Source of the DNA: a virus
Lineage: Duplodnaviria > Caudoviricetes
Direction: 5' to 3' (one strand)
Length of the DNA stretch: 54,925 bases
Virus record (IMG/VR): IMGVR_UViG_3300034107_000498
Location: 1-54,925 of that record
This document shows positions 35,901 to 46,700 of the stretch, piece after piece. The translations under genes and the position numbers were made by a program. A model generated the notes under the pieces. The model had not been told where the DNA came from. It ran no database searches and saw only the letters and a program-made list of their open reading frames with translations. Every line of letters begins with the position of its first letter. The stretch's first letter is position 1.

Positions 35901-38108
35901 GCCTACAAATTGAAGGTCAGAAATATGTGAGTACAAATTAGGATTTATAGGACTGCCTGTATATCCTGTAATAGTTAAACCATTACCTGTACCCGTTTGA
36001 CGAATTAAACTTGCGCCAATGCCGTCTCCAGCAAAATGAACCCTATAAATTGGATCATTTCCTGCAATAGCAGTATACGTTAAACTAGATGTAATAACAT
36101 ATACTCCGCGAGGAAAGTAAACTGTTCCACCAGTAGTTCTTGCCATGTTAATAGTAGCTTGAATTGCTGCAGTGTCGTCAGTGCTATTGTCGCCTTTAGC
36201 ACCATAATCACGAACACTGTAGCGAAGATCTACATAACCACCAGAACCTGCAACAGTTCCCCACGATCCATCTCCGCGTAGTACTTTTGTAATCTCGTTT
36301 GGAAAAGGTGTAAGACGTACTTTGGTATTACTAGTAGTATAAGTAGGTGCAGTACCGTTTACAAAGCTACCAGTAAATGTGCCAATAGAACCTGAATTAG
36401 TTCCAGAAATTACTCCTACTGTTGGCTTTGTAAGAATAAAGCTACCAGAAGCAAACGTTCCAGTACTTGAAACTTGCCACGTGTTATTTATTCCAGCAGC
36501 AATAGCACTAACAAATAACGGTAATTCATTGAAAGTTTCAAAATCATACTCTAGTTGAAAACTATACGAAACACCTTCTAATGTAAATGAATATAAAAGA
36601 GGTCCAACAACAGTATTTAAATTCGTAAAGTTAACTGTAATCTTTGCCTGTGTACCGCTTCCGGTAAGTATAGCTTGAGTTGTTGGAAAGTCTATTCCAC
36701 GAAAATAAGCAATACCAGATTTACTACCTGCAGCTCCGCTAGTGTTTGTAACTGCATCAATTGCATAACCATCACCAGTACCACCTACAGAAATAGCAGA
36801 GCCTGTGCTAGTGCCTGTATTTACTGCAATAATATTTCCAGTATGGTTTGGAGTATTTACATCTATTTGAAATGCATTATCTGGATTACTAGTACCTGTT
36901 AAGTAACCATAAAATAATCGTCCACCACCATTAGATACTGAAGATAATGCATTGGCTTTACCTAAAGTATTGCTTAAGATGTTAGAACCAACGTTAGCGC
37001 TGCTTTCGATCCAAACAGGATTTATAACGTTTGAATTAGAACTAATGCCAATAACGGCGGTATCTTGTGTAGTTCCGCCTGAGCCACCTAGTGTTAGAAA
37101 CCTAATGTTATTGCTAGAAAAAGCTTCTAATCTATTAGTACCTATAGGAGGCGTACTTACTGTTCCAGGTGTAACAACCTTATTGATCTCAATGCGTTGA
37201 GCAGCAATATCGCCAGTAATAAGACTACCGCGTGCTGTAACATTGTTAAAGAAAGCATTACCAGTATTACGCTGAATTTGCCAACCCAAGGTGTTAGCGT
37301 TGTAGTTATCACTTTGAATAGTAGTAGGAAAGCCTTGTGTTAAGTAAGGCGTACCCCATGTTGTCTTATCTGAAGGAGTATTAAAAATACCATCTACTGC
37401 CCAAAGACTTTCGCCTGCAGCAGGCGTAGTAATAGTTCCCGACCAACCAGATGGGTAACTAGTACTTCCTGTAGTTTGACTATTTAGTTCGCTAATTGTT
37501 GGTGCAGCTAGCTGTTGACTCTGAGTTTTATAAACGATACGAGCACTGTCCCCGCGAACTCCGCCTTCACCTTCAATACGAATAGGTATTTGCCAAGTAA
37601 ATAAGGTTGCAGTACTAGCTTTTGAACCAACGCTAGCCCAAATAGCATCTGTGCCAACAGGCACAGATTCTACATCAGGATACCAACCACCAGGCGTACT
37701 AGCACTAGGGTCAGGAGTAGCAGGCTGAACAGCCCCTCGCTTAAATACTATTGAAACACTACTGCCTGCGGCTCCTGTTACAGGAGATGCAAAGGCAGGT
37801 GTTGGTGATAGAATACTATATTGAGATTCTTCAATAGCACTGATAAAAGCATACTTTACATAGTATGTTGTACCTGCTACCAACGGAGTTGGTGTAGGAG
37901 TGCCATTGGGTATAGACGATATAATAATAGACAGACCACTAGCATCAAATACTAGGTTACTATCTGATGGTGTAAAGCCTGATGTAGTAGAACACCATAC
38001 TTTTACTTTGACTAAGTCATCCCTAATATCATAGGTTCTTAGACTATCATAAGGAGTATCTAATTTTAATATTAGAGAATTTACACCTGCGGATAAGCTT
38101 GCTGCCAT
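32937..38108 (-). CDS. long tail fibre with pectate-lyase-like beta-helix and C-terminal intramolecular chaperone (peptidase S74-like)
   Basis: SVRDYGAKGD..DDTAAIQ...VYFPRGVY; SDKKLKTNIKPI..GFIAQE..coiled coil; IQSDNY....GWQI.R.TG.A.FNNV. Confidence 0.88.
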   Translation of the reverse strand: MAASLSAGVNSLILKLDTPYDSLRTYDIRDDLVKVKVWCSTTSGFTPSDSNLVFDASGLSIIISSIPNGTPTPTPLVAGTTYYVKYAFISAIEESQYSILSPTPAFASPVTGAAGSSVSIVFKRGAVQPATPDPSASTPGGWYPDVESVPVGTDAIWASVGSKASTATLFTWQIPIRIEGEGGVRGDSARIVYKTQSQQLAAPTISELNSQTTGSTSYPSGWSGTITTPAAGESLWAVDGIFNTPSDKTTWGTPYLTQGFPTTIQSDNYNANTLGWQIQRNTGNAFFNNVTARGSLITGDIAAQRIEINKVVTPGTVSTPPIGTNRLEAFSSNNIRFLTLGGSGGTTQDTAVIGISSNSNVINPVWIESSANVGSNILSNTLGKANALSSVSNGGGRLFYGYLTGTSNPDNAFQIDVNTPNHTGNIIAVNTGTSTGSAISVGGTGDGYAIDAVTNTSGAAGSKSGIAYFRGIDFPTTQAILTGSGTQAKITVNFTNLNTVVGPLLYSFTLEGVSYSFQLEYDFETFNELPLFVSAIAAGINNTWQVSSTGTFASGSFILTKPTVGVISGTNSGSIGTFTGSFVNGTAPTYTTSNTKVRLTPFPNEITKVLRGDGSWGTVAGSGGYVDLRYSVRDYGAKGDNSTDDTAAIQATINMARTTGGTVYFPRGVYVITSSLTYTAIAGNDPIYRVHFAGDGIGASLIRQTGTGNGLTITGYTGSPINPNLYSHISDLQFVGSQSGQGLSITNGAYVYVEACHFTGWAYGFYGANFLSSTFSACAFRFNQRGFLIERITGGSYASSPNAITMLNCEIGANSLFGGWVLGPGVFTMQGGAIEGNGTTPGSTSNWGLKISEPSGSTAIESAVGISLDGVYFEVNSGIADLWIESNSAKPGVTNNINGCSFVRVGSAYPTYSVLLYASTPADSYNNVISGCGFKGLGGYSPSSSRMTISNYNTKVQLLGCSFDSVVDAYVTGDENQFETALRVPDLKDLTGNKYIEAAAQYKIPFYSIAGTKANLSGAEYLTYSDNGLYLNQSGVTDLRLSYNLPGITAPGMTSKGSAVGIASGFNNSTGAYTAGVLVTNSYDSAPSFSGNATGGTKMNLGTSIATWDKFYWGTVTTGIAAPSGDTTKFLRNDGTWIAPAGGLVSVTGTAPVSASTTSGAVTISMAAATSSVDGYMTSTYVSKLNGIAAGATVNTGNVNAGNTNELTYYSATGSTVSGTTYLTYSDNGLYLNQSGATDLRLSYNLPGITAPGMTSKGSAVGIASGFNNSTGAYTAGVLVTTNFDSAPSFSGNATSGTKMNLGTSLASWGKFYWGTAGIDAPAGSTATFLRNDGTWASPVGLVVTSIAGTAPISASASTGAVTISMAAASSGVNGYMTGTYATKLDGIAAGATNVTNTNQLTNGASFITLGSISATAPLSYVSGVISMAAASSGVNGYMTGTYATKLDGIAAGATNVTNNNQLTNGAGYITTAVTSVGGTGSGLGFSLSGSVTTTGNLTLAAPTAAALQSTLGLGALAYVSSLTTFSELNNTALASNVGATGSRILATFNGARTWATMAETRAGLGDVGGTANSTTFLRGDGQWATPTFTEADTLATVTSRGASTSSAMSTGSLTVTGSITASGEITAYSDKKLKTNIKPISSAFKGSEDIYGVTYTRTDTGDKGMGFIAQEFQKHYPDIVSEGDTGILSLKYLNIIAILWEQNRELNTRLKTLEDKYDSTNN
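33709..34019. repeat. intragenic direct repeat (about 125 bp, offset 186)
   Basis: 33709-33833 resembles 33895-34019 (ISMAAASSGVNGYMTGTYATKLDGIAAGATNVTN.NQLTNGA). Confidence 0.88.
34209..35045. repeat. intragenic near-identical direct repeat (about 234 bp, offset 603)
   Basis: 34209-34442 resembles 34812-35045 (LTYSDNGLYLNQSG.TDLRLSYNLPGITAPGMTSKGSAVGIASGFNNSTGAYTAGVLVT). Confidence 0.92.
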
Positions 38109-38117
38109 ATTTATCCC

Positions 38118-41100
38118 TTAAACAATTGTTTTAATTTTTATGTAATTATAAGTAATGCCGCCTGCTACAGTTGTACCGTAGCTACTTGTATCACTATAAT
38201 TACCGAGTTTATCTACAACTCTGCAAGCTACTCGATAAGTTACTCCAGTATCTGATATTCGATGTTCAGTCAAAGTCACAGGTACGTCAAGTAAATTTAA
38301 TCTGCCTTGCCCATTATTTATTACTTCTGGAATAATAGGTGTAGTGTCCCATAAATCCGTAGTGCCACTATCTTTATATAATCTGTATGCATATCCGGCA
38401 ATTTCTGCAGAAGTAGCAACTATTGTAGGATCTGCCACAATATATGTATTTTCTAAATCTAATGCAATTGCTGGCGGAGTTTGGAAGTTTCTGTTCTTGC
38501 CATCGTTATTGAAAGCAAAATCTTGTGACCAAGGGCCACAAATTGTACGATCAGCATTTGTATATCTGGCTCGTACTTTATAGTTTTTATCAGAAATTAA
38601 ATTAACAAATTCAAAAGTGCTGTTATTTTTATCAATCTCATATAACGTACCAGGATTAGTATCCCAAGCAGACACATCACCATCAACTATATCAAACTGT
38701 ACTTTAGAGGCAACAGCTGGTAAATCTTGCGGATTTGTAAATGCTACAATAGCTTTATTTTGATAGTTTCCGTTAGCAAGTTGATTACTTTGAGCACTTG
38801 TACTATTAATACTGGTAATAATAGGTGATTTTGTAATTGTAGTTTTAACAATAGCAATATTACTAAGTGACATTTTTGGATTAAATGTCAACAAGTCTGT
38901 TAAGTCTGCTGTATATATTTCTGGAGAGTAGTCTACTAGCGTTAATCTTGCACTATACTCATTGCTAGGCTCAATGGCAGTAACAATACATTCTTGCGTA
39001 CTAACATTTGCTAAACCTATCATAAATAAGTTATCGGTTTTTACTCCATCAGCACTGAATATTTCAGGTACTGTAATTGTAGAAGTATATCCAGTAGTTC
39101 CGGTATATAAAAAGTTTCTAGTAATACTACCAGTGCCCGAAGTACTAGTTATATTATTTGTACGAATAAGAATACTATAGTTAGTGTTGTTAATTAAACC
39201 TACTGGTTCTGTCAATGTTAAAGTAGTACCTGTTACTACATCACCAACTCCAGGACCTAATCTTCCACTACCAATACCCCACTGAGGCACGCTGTGGCTG
39301 ATCTTTACCTTATCTCCACGAGTACATACTAAATGTTCAAAATCTACATTAATTGTGTAAACTTCTGGTCGTAATTTTAACTGAGCAAAATGCCATCTTG
39401 CTAAACGCGTAGCTTGATCTGCGTTTGTAACTCCAGGTAAGTTTAGTTGTTCAAACAATGTAGCACCTATTTTACCGCCTTCTGTTGCTGGCCCATATCC
39501 ATAGTTATGCACAATAATTTCATTAGTTTGATAAGCTAAATCTTCGTCACTAATGGTAATACGAAAAGCGTGTGGTAATACTGGTAAAATTTTAGTAGCT
39601 TCAAAGCCCCAGCTATTGTGTTCAGTAAAATGCTGAACTGTATGTGTACGTTCTGCATCGATTACAACACCCCATTTACCATCAATGTAAGTAGGACTAG
39701 CTTTACCTGCTGCACAAATATCTCGTAGCGTATCCATAACACTTTGTGTACTACTTAAAACACTGTTATAAGTAAATTTAGGTGCATAAGTTACTGTTCC
39801 AGTACCTGGTTGGCCTCCAGTAACTTTTACTTCAAATGAATTACCTACATTATAAATAGCTCCTGTAGTTCCGGCTAAAATGTTCCAGGATGCTTGTGTA
39901 GTTGTACCTAGACTTTTAATAGTATAATACCGGCCTTTTTGCATACTGGGTGTAGCTACAGTTTGTGCTACAGGATTGCAGAAGTTATGCCAAGCAGTTA
40001 AACTAGGAATATCTAATTCTGAAGGAGTAACTCTGAAAGCATTTGCAGGATGCATTAACACATAAGCAAATAAACTAGCAGGATTATTAGTTTCGCGCAA
40101 ATTTTCCCAACTACCAGCGGTTCTATCATAGTCCCAAGTAATTGTTTGTACTAGTGCATTTATACCATCAATCTGTCCGTTTACTTTATTACTGCTTTGG
40201 ACTCGTATTCCTGTTTTTGCCAAATAAGTACCAGGAGGATTTACCATAGGCAGTTTTTGGCTATCGTATGCTGTAACGTTTGATAATATAGCTTTATGGA
40301 ATTTCTTTTGATCAACTTCATCTTCGGTTTCGTCTGAATTTGTACGACGAACACGTACTTGATACCTACCTCTTGGTAAATTTTCTACAGAGTGTACCCA
40401 GTTAAATGCGTCTTTGCGTCTTTCAAACCACGCACCAGTACCAAAAGTAAGAATAGTGTTTTGACTAGGCTGTATGTTAACGCCATTATTAGCTGTATAG
40501 GTAATCAGAGCACCAATACCCTTATCGTTGGCTTGATTGTTAACACCGCTTAAAGTAATGCTATGAAAACCTGCTGTTAGTTTGATTAAGCCTTGTATTG
40601 CGGCAATTGTATTCTTTTCTCCAGATTTAGGAATCTGTACCGCACGTATACCATCAATTAAAATTTCGCCTTGATCATCACATGCAGCAGTTACTTCGTA
40701 ATAGCCTGTGTATGGAAAGTAAAATGATGGTACAGTATATAACCAACTACCTCCATAGGCAGTAGGATTTTCAGCAGTTGCAGCAGGAGTTGTATCTGTA
40801 GTACCCCAGATACCGTGGTCAATTAAAAATGGACTCCACTTTCCGCCACTGCTTTTTCTATCTATTCCTGCTATTCCAAATAAAGTTTTAGTGCTCCACA
40901 CTTCTACAGTAGTAGCTGTTAAATCAACACCGCTAGCATCAGCATAAACTCTGCCAGATGTTATTTTTACAGTTTTGATTGCAGACGTATCCCATTGAAT
41001 ATCCATTCCACTACCAGTAGATTCTAGTGTTTCAATTACTGAATACTGTAAGCCTGTTTTCCCGCTATAAGCGTCTACGGGTTGTGTTGTACCCACTGAT

Positions 41101-42860
41101 GTAATAGTTCCATTTGTTGTTTGGTATACTTCGTATAGTGGTAGGTATCCAGGAGCTATCTGTGGTCTGTACGTTTTTGTACCGGATGTGCCTACAAGCG
41201 AAGCATAGCTGGTTTTAGCATATTCTGCTTGTATTTCTAGGTTAGCATCTTGTCCTAGAGTTTCGGTAGCTGCTCCATCAAATCTGGCTATGCCACCGCT
41301 AGGCGATAAACAAAAGGTAGTATATCTATATAAGCCAATCTCCATACCACCAGGAGGCACCATTGTAAATAATTGAAATGCCTGGGTATCGTCAGCCTTA
41401 AAACTATAAACATTTACTGACGAGCTGGTATCTTCCTCAGCCCACTCAGTTGCTTGATACTGTCGCATTTGAATTTCTATACCGCAGGTGGTAACACCAA
41501 TGTTACCATTTTTAGTATTGATCTTACGCATACCTTCTGGAAAAGATAATACAATATCAATAGCGTCTGCGCTTTGAGTTAAATTAACTTGCTGCCATTT
41601 TCTTGTGCCTGGATGAGTAGCAGTTACATTGGTAGCGTTATTTGTTAGTTCTAAATTTAGGGGTCGTTGTTCAACGTCACGACCATATTGATTGTTAAAA
41701 GTTCCACTTATGCCGCCTGTTGCACCAAGCACATAGTCACGGGCAAAACCTTCTATTGTAATAGGTCTTGGTACAGATACTGGCTCTCCATAGTAAAAGT
41801 CCTCTATGGGCTTTGAACCAATATTAACGTCTTTGATTGCAAGCGGGCCAAATCCCCATACTACAACACTGTTTAAAATGTTTGTTTCTGTTAGTGATTC
41901 TATGTAAGGAGTAGCACCTAACATTCCTGAAAAGCGTACTTTTCCTAGTACTACGGGTATAGCATTAAACTGACTAGCTTGATTAGCTTGTCCGTTAAGT
42001 AAATTCATGGCATTTGCACTGCCAGGATCATTTGTTCTGGGTGGGCGAATAGGCGCAATAACGTTTTGTAAAACCATGCTTCCTACTTGAATAGCTATGG
42101 TTCCTGCTACAACTGCGGCATTGCCTGCTAATGCTCCACCACTAATAAAACTACCAACATCTGCGGGTACACCAGTAGTAGCAGTAATTGCAATTGCTGC
42201 AAGTGTTATTAGTAGTCGTTTGGTTGACGTACCTTCGGCCACACTTTTATAGGCTATTTCTTGGCCAGCTTGTACCACAGTAGTCGACCAGTTAGCTTTA
42301 GGTACAATTACCCCATCTAACATAATTACTATTTTACTAACTATTTCACCGCTTACTGTATACTTGGATTTTACAAAATCAACAAAGTCCTGGACAGTAG
42401 TACCAGCTACAGTCCAGTCGCGATATACACTAAGCCTTAGTGGGTGTGGAATTCCTACTGCTTGTACTTGTGCTTGTGGAGCATGCTTATAAAAAGCAAC
42501 AAAACGGTTTTTCCACTTTAAGTTATTTAGTGATTCAATTACTGAATCACTGCCACTACGACAGTGTAAAAAGTTATTGTTGCCTACAAACACACCCACG
42601 TGCATAGGCTCACCAAGCATATTGAAAAGACACAAGTCTCCAATATCTGGCGTACTATTCTCTTCCCAGTTATCTTTGTATAACTCTACTACTTGTAAAA
42701 TACGTGCGTCAGTTCCGCCTGAGTATTCTTCACTGTAGCTAGGTAAATCTATGTTGTATTCTTGCTTGTAGAATAAGCGAGCTAATCCCCAGCAGTCAAC
42801 TCCAGATTCAGTTCTGCCATTGTCTAAATATCGTAATCCAATATATTTATCATAATTCAT
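38118..42860 (-). CDS. tail tip / central fibre (lambda gpJ-like) fused to an N-terminal NlpC/P60 domain
   Basis: GVDCWGL...MHVGV..FLH (NlpC/P60); IPVVLGK, YQVRVRR, NNPA, tip-attachment and FN3-like segments. Confidence 0.88.
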   Translation of the reverse strand: MNYDKYIGLRYLDNGRTESGVDCWGLARLFYKQEYNIDLPSYSEEYSGGTDARILQVVELYKDNWEENSTPDIGDLCLFNMLGEPMHVGVFVGNNNFLHCRSGSDSVIESLNNLKWKNRFVAFYKHAPQAQVQAVGIPHPLRLSVYRDWTVAGTTVQDFVDFVKSKYTVSGEIVSKIVIMLDGVIVPKANWSTTVVQAGQEIAYKSVAEGTSTKRLLITLAAIAITATTGVPADVGSFISGGALAGNAAVVAGTIAIQVGSMVLQNVIAPIRPPRTNDPGSANAMNLLNGQANQASQFNAIPVVLGKVRFSGMLGATPYIESLTETNILNSVVVWGFGPLAIKDVNIGSKPIEDFYYGEPVSVPRPITIEGFARDYVLGATGGISGTFNNQYGRDVEQRPLNLELTNNATNVTATHPGTRKWQQVNLTQSADAIDIVLSFPEGMRKINTKNGNIGVTTCGIEIQMRQYQATEWAEEDTSSSVNVYSFKADDTQAFQLFTMVPPGGMEIGLYRYTTFCLSPSGGIARFDGAATETLGQDANLEIQAEYAKTSYASLVGTSGTKTYRPQIAPGYLPLYEVYQTTNGTITSVGTTQPVDAYSGKTGLQYSVIETLESTGSGMDIQWDTSAIKTVKITSGRVYADASGVDLTATTVEVWSTKTLFGIAGIDRKSSGGKWSPFLIDHGIWGTTDTTPAATAENPTAYGGSWLYTVPSFYFPYTGYYEVTAACDDQGEILIDGIRAVQIPKSGEKNTIAAIQGLIKLTAGFHSITLSGVNNQANDKGIGALITYTANNGVNIQPSQNTILTFGTGAWFERRKDAFNWVHSVENLPRGRYQVRVRRTNSDETEDEVDQKKFHKAILSNVTAYDSQKLPMVNPPGTYLAKTGIRVQSSNKVNGQIDGINALVQTITWDYDRTAGSWENLRETNNPASLFAYVLMHPANAFRVTPSELDIPSLTAWHNFCNPVAQTVATPSMQKGRYYTIKSLGTTTQASWNILAGTTGAIYNVGNSFEVKVTGGQPGTGTVTYAPKFTYNSVLSSTQSVMDTLRDICAAGKASPTYIDGKWGVVIDAERTHTVQHFTEHNSWGFEATKILPVLPHAFRITISDEDLAYQTNEIIVHNYGYGPATEGGKIGATLFEQLNLPGVTNADQATRLARWHFAQLKLRPEVYTINVDFEHLVCTRGDKVKISHSVPQWGIGSGRLGPGVGDVVTGTTLTLTEPVGLINNTNYSILIRTNNITSTSGTGSITRNFLYTGTTGYTSTITVPEIFSADGVKTDNLFMIGLANVSTQECIVTAIEPSNEYSARLTLVDYSPEIYTADLTDLLTFNPKMSLSNIAIVKTTITKSPIITSINSTSAQSNQLANGNYQNKAIVAFTNPQDLPAVASKVQFDIVDGDVSAWDTNPGTLYEIDKNNSTFEFVNLISDKNYKVRARYTNADRTICGPWSQDFAFNNDGKNRNFQTPPAIALDLENTYIVADPTIVATSAEIAGYAYRLYKDSGTTDLWDTTPIIPEVINNGQGRLNLLDVPVTLTEHRISDTGVTYRVACRVVDKLGNYSDTSSYGTTVAGGITYNYIKIKTIV

Positions 42861-43402
42861 TAAAATAGTCCTGGAAAATAGTTAGGTGTAAAACTAAAAC
42901 TAGGGAATGGCTCAGTATTATAATTAACCATACTTAAGTTTAAGGTAACGCTTTCAGCATTATAGCTTGCTGTTGTAATATAAAAGTTCTGTAGTGTTGC
43001 CTCTACATAATCTAAATTACTAGAAACTACTAGTTCTATTAAAACTTTTGTTCGTGACATTAAGTGACTACGAATAACAGTAATTGTTTCTGGTGTAACA
43101 AAGTTTAGTGAAATTGAGCAATCACCCATACCGCTGTCATTTTCATTAGGCAAGTTTAGAGTCATCGGCAAAAACACATATTCATTAGATCGGCTTACTA
43201 CTCCGTAAACTACTTCGTCATCTGTTGTAGAAGATAGTCTTTGAGTATAGTTATCACTTAGTCTAATAGGAGTTGTTGGGGCCGTAGGGCTAGTATTACC
43301 GTTTGGATCATAAATTGTCAGCAACATTATAAGCTGTTCATCTGTTTCAGACGAAAACATAGCTTTAATTGCTTGTGGTGATAGTCTACTTAGTCTACTC
43401 AT
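42860..43402 (-). CDS. minor tail tip protein (DUF1833-like)
   Basis: IRLSDN...VVSR..EYVFLPM.L.LP; C-terminal EPFP...FTP..FPGLF. Confidence 0.7.
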   Translation of the reverse strand: MSRLSRLSPQAIKAMFSSETDEQLIMLLTIYDPNGNTSPTAPTTPIRLSDNYTQRLSSTTDDEVVYGVVSRSNEYVFLPMTLNLPNENDSGMGDCSISLNFVTPETITVIRSHLMSRTKVLIELVVSSNLDYVEATLQNFYITTASYNAESVTLNLSMVNYNTEPFPSFSFTPNYFPGLF

Positions 43403-43767
43403 TATGGTAATATTTCAAACTTTAGGGAGGTATTCCAGTAACCTGGTGCTAGGTATTGTAATTTAAAAAACTCACCGTCACTACCAGGAACTATACGTAC
43501 TTCTACATTTGTAGAGGTACGTGGATGTGGAAAAGTAAATCGCTTAACACCTAGCAAAGTGTCTTCTATAAAAGTTTCTAATGTTGCGCACTGTGCAGTT
43601 GTCATAATAAAGGATAAATCCATTGTATTAACGCGAGTACCTTTACGACGCATTTTTGCAGGACCAGAGTCCGGGTTTGAACGTATAATGTTCAAACCCA
43701 AAGACTCTGAGAATCCTTTTTGTGGTACTTGTGGTAGTGCTTGTGCAGACCATGCTGGAATAGGCAT
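43402..43767 (-). CDS. distal/minor tail protein
   Basis: IRS..DSGPAKMRR, F....L.GV.RF.FPHP; directly after the tape measure gene. Confidence 0.75.
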   Translation of the reverse strand: MPIPAWSAQALPQVPQKGFSESLGLNIIRSNPDSGPAKMRRKGTRVNTMDLSFIMTTAQCATLETFIEDTLLGVKRFTFPHPRTSTNVEVRIVPGSDGEFFKLQYLAPGYWNTSLKFEILP

Positions 43768-43769
43768 AC

Positions 43770-46700
43770 TTATCTCCTTGCTAATGCAGGTCTGCTATTA
43801 AAACTACCTGCTAGTGATTGTTGAACTGAGCTTCCTGGTCGGGCTACTTCACTTGCAACCATATCACCAATAATAACTTCAATCTTACGATTTCCACGTG
43901 AGTCAGTAGTTTCCTTAGTAGTAGCTTGCTGATTACCATAGTTGTTAACAACTACATCAACACTACCACCTCCACCGCCTGCACGAACTCCAAGGTTGCC
44001 GTTGCTATCACGCTTTAGGGGCATAATAGCTTCAGGACCTGCTTCACCCATTAAGCCTGCACCTTGTGCAAATTTAAATAGAGTTGGAGAATTTACTACG
44101 GAATTAGTAAACATTCCACCCTTGGCAAAAGTTTTTAATCCTATATCAAACGCACCACCTTTGGCAAAACTAGGCCCTGTAGTAGTTACAGAACCTCCAG
44201 CTAAGTCCTGGGCTCTAAATCCATTGGCAGTAATTGGGCCAACGCCAAATCCAAACACACTTCCGATTAAATTCATTAACGCTGGTCTAGCTGCTGCATA
44301 TAATGCTACTGACTGTTGCTGTAACTCATAACGAATTAAACCTTCAATCATGCCATCAATTAAACTTTTAAAATTTAACTTTCCAGTCTTTGTAAATTCA
44401 ATTAGTGCATTACCCATTTCATCAAAACTATTTTTAAATACTTCTCCGTAAGCTAGTTGACGATCTGTTAGAGATTGTGTTAACTCAAGAGCTCTTTTAC
44501 GGCCATCATTAGTTATTGCTAAAGCGGATCTTTGTGACTCAAAATTAGATAGTGCTGCTGCTTTTTCTTTTTCTATTTCTGAAGTATCTTTACCTGCTGC
44601 GGCTAATTTTAATATTCTATTTTCAATTTCTGCTAAAACAGTTGATTTTTCTTTTTGCAAAGCTATTTCTGATTGAAGTATAGTATTATTTAAAGTAGAA
44701 TACTCAAGAGTCTTTCTTTGAGTTTCTGCTTGTTCACCGTAAATCATGCCTAGTGAAGACCTAGCATTAAATAACTCTTGTTCTGCACCAAGTTGAGCAG
44801 CAGTCATTTTTAAAGCGTTTTCTTGTGCTTGAGAGTCAATATCTCTACCAAGCTTTTCTTTTGCAAAGCGTAAATCAATTATTTTGAATTGATCCTGTAG
44901 CCCTTTATTGTCTTTTTCTTTTTCTTGGCGCTGTTCAACGAAATTTAATAACTTTCGTTGTTTGTCAAATTCTATAAAATTTTGGTCAGCTGCTGCATCT
45001 GCAAGAGCAGTTTTTCCTGCAGCTATTTCAAGTAAATACTTACTTTCTGCGCTTAAATTTTCTAATCTTTGAACATCTTTTAAACCTTGCTCTGTAAGAG
45101 AGTTGGTAATGCCGCCAAGAATATTTAAACGAGCTAATTCTTGTTGTCTAATGGAATCTTGGGCCCCTTCCATCTTTTGTAAGTCAGACAATTGCCCTGC
45201 TCGTTTTGCGCGATCAGTTTCTATCCTACCACCAGCCATTTCGCCTTGGACGCCAGTAGCAGCAGCTTGTTGAGTAGCTATTTGCCTGTTAACTGTACCC
45301 ATTTTTAGCTTTAAAGTTGATTCTTTTAAGCTACCATCATTTTGAAGAGGTATATTTACAAAACCACGGCCCTTGCTTTCTTCTAAAGCTTTCTTGAAAA
45401 TTACTGCTGCTCCATACAATTCAGCTGCTTGTTGCTCTTCGCCAGGCTTAGCGGTATTAAAGGCAGTTAGCGCAGTAGATTCATCAATAGATGCTCGTAA
45501 CAATTCTTGACTCTTAATTAAATCAATATTTGTATTAATTGCATTTAATTGAATTTGCAATTCTCGTTGCTTTAGTCTACCTTGTTCAATTGCTGCTTGT
45601 TCACCAGTTAAACTACCGGCTCGTGCTTTATCAATCGTTAATGCGGCTTTTGCTGCTGCTTGTCCTAGTGCTACGTTGATAAGTTCTTTACTTTTCTCAA
45701 AAGCTTTGTCAGCCCCTCTGCTAAACAAGTCTGCAGCCTGCGTAAATACACTAGTTGACAGTCCTGTTTGTTGACGGCTTGCCATGCCACGAGATTCTCT
45801 ATTTACGTCTAAGCTAGCTTGTAGAGCCTTAATTTTATTTGCAACCTCAGGATTTGTAAGACGATCGGGAGCGTTATTATAAAACTCTAGTTGCTTTTTT
45901 AGCTTTAGATCTTCGCGATCTAATTGATTAATAGAGTTTTTATATGTGTTATATGCTTCGAAAGTCAGTTTAAACTGATCTCGCATACCTACAAATTCAT
46001 TTACAAAGTCTTGTCCAAATAAGCGAAATTTTTCAGGATTTTTAGTTAAGTCATCAAATGCAGCATTAATTTCATTTATGCCTCCGCTTGTAACTTTTAA
46101 CATTGCACTACTTACGTCATTAAGTGATTCACCTAATTTAAATAAAGGATTATTGTTTGCAGTAGACTGAATAAATTCCTGATATGCTTTATTGCTAATT
46201 TCTGTACTAGATTTAAAATTTTGTAAATTAGAGCTACTGTTTCCAATTATAGAACTTAATTTTTTCTGGGCATCGCTATACTTCTTAATAACTGGGTCGC
46301 CTTTTTCAAATGCTTTTGTTACACTTGTAATATCAAGGCTTTCTACACCTAAGGCTTGTTTGAGAATAGCTTCGGCTTCGTCTTTTTTGCCCATTTCGGC
46401 AAATACTTGTAAAGAGTCCTGTACTGTAGTATTTAAGCTTTTTGCTAAATTTTTACTTAAGCCGCCGCCAAAAAATGTGGCTATATTGTCTTTTACTTTG
46501 TCATAAGGACTAGTCTGCATTGCTCTGTCAAGCTTTTTAGCAGCGTCAATAGCAGTCTCTACAGAATTTGAAACTTCTAACTGAGCATTTGATAAAGCTA
46601 AGATGCCTTGTATAGTACCTGAGGCAAATGGAGTTTTATTTAATACATCAAAAGTTCTAACAAGATTTTTACTAGCATCAGTTACCCCATCAATTGATTT

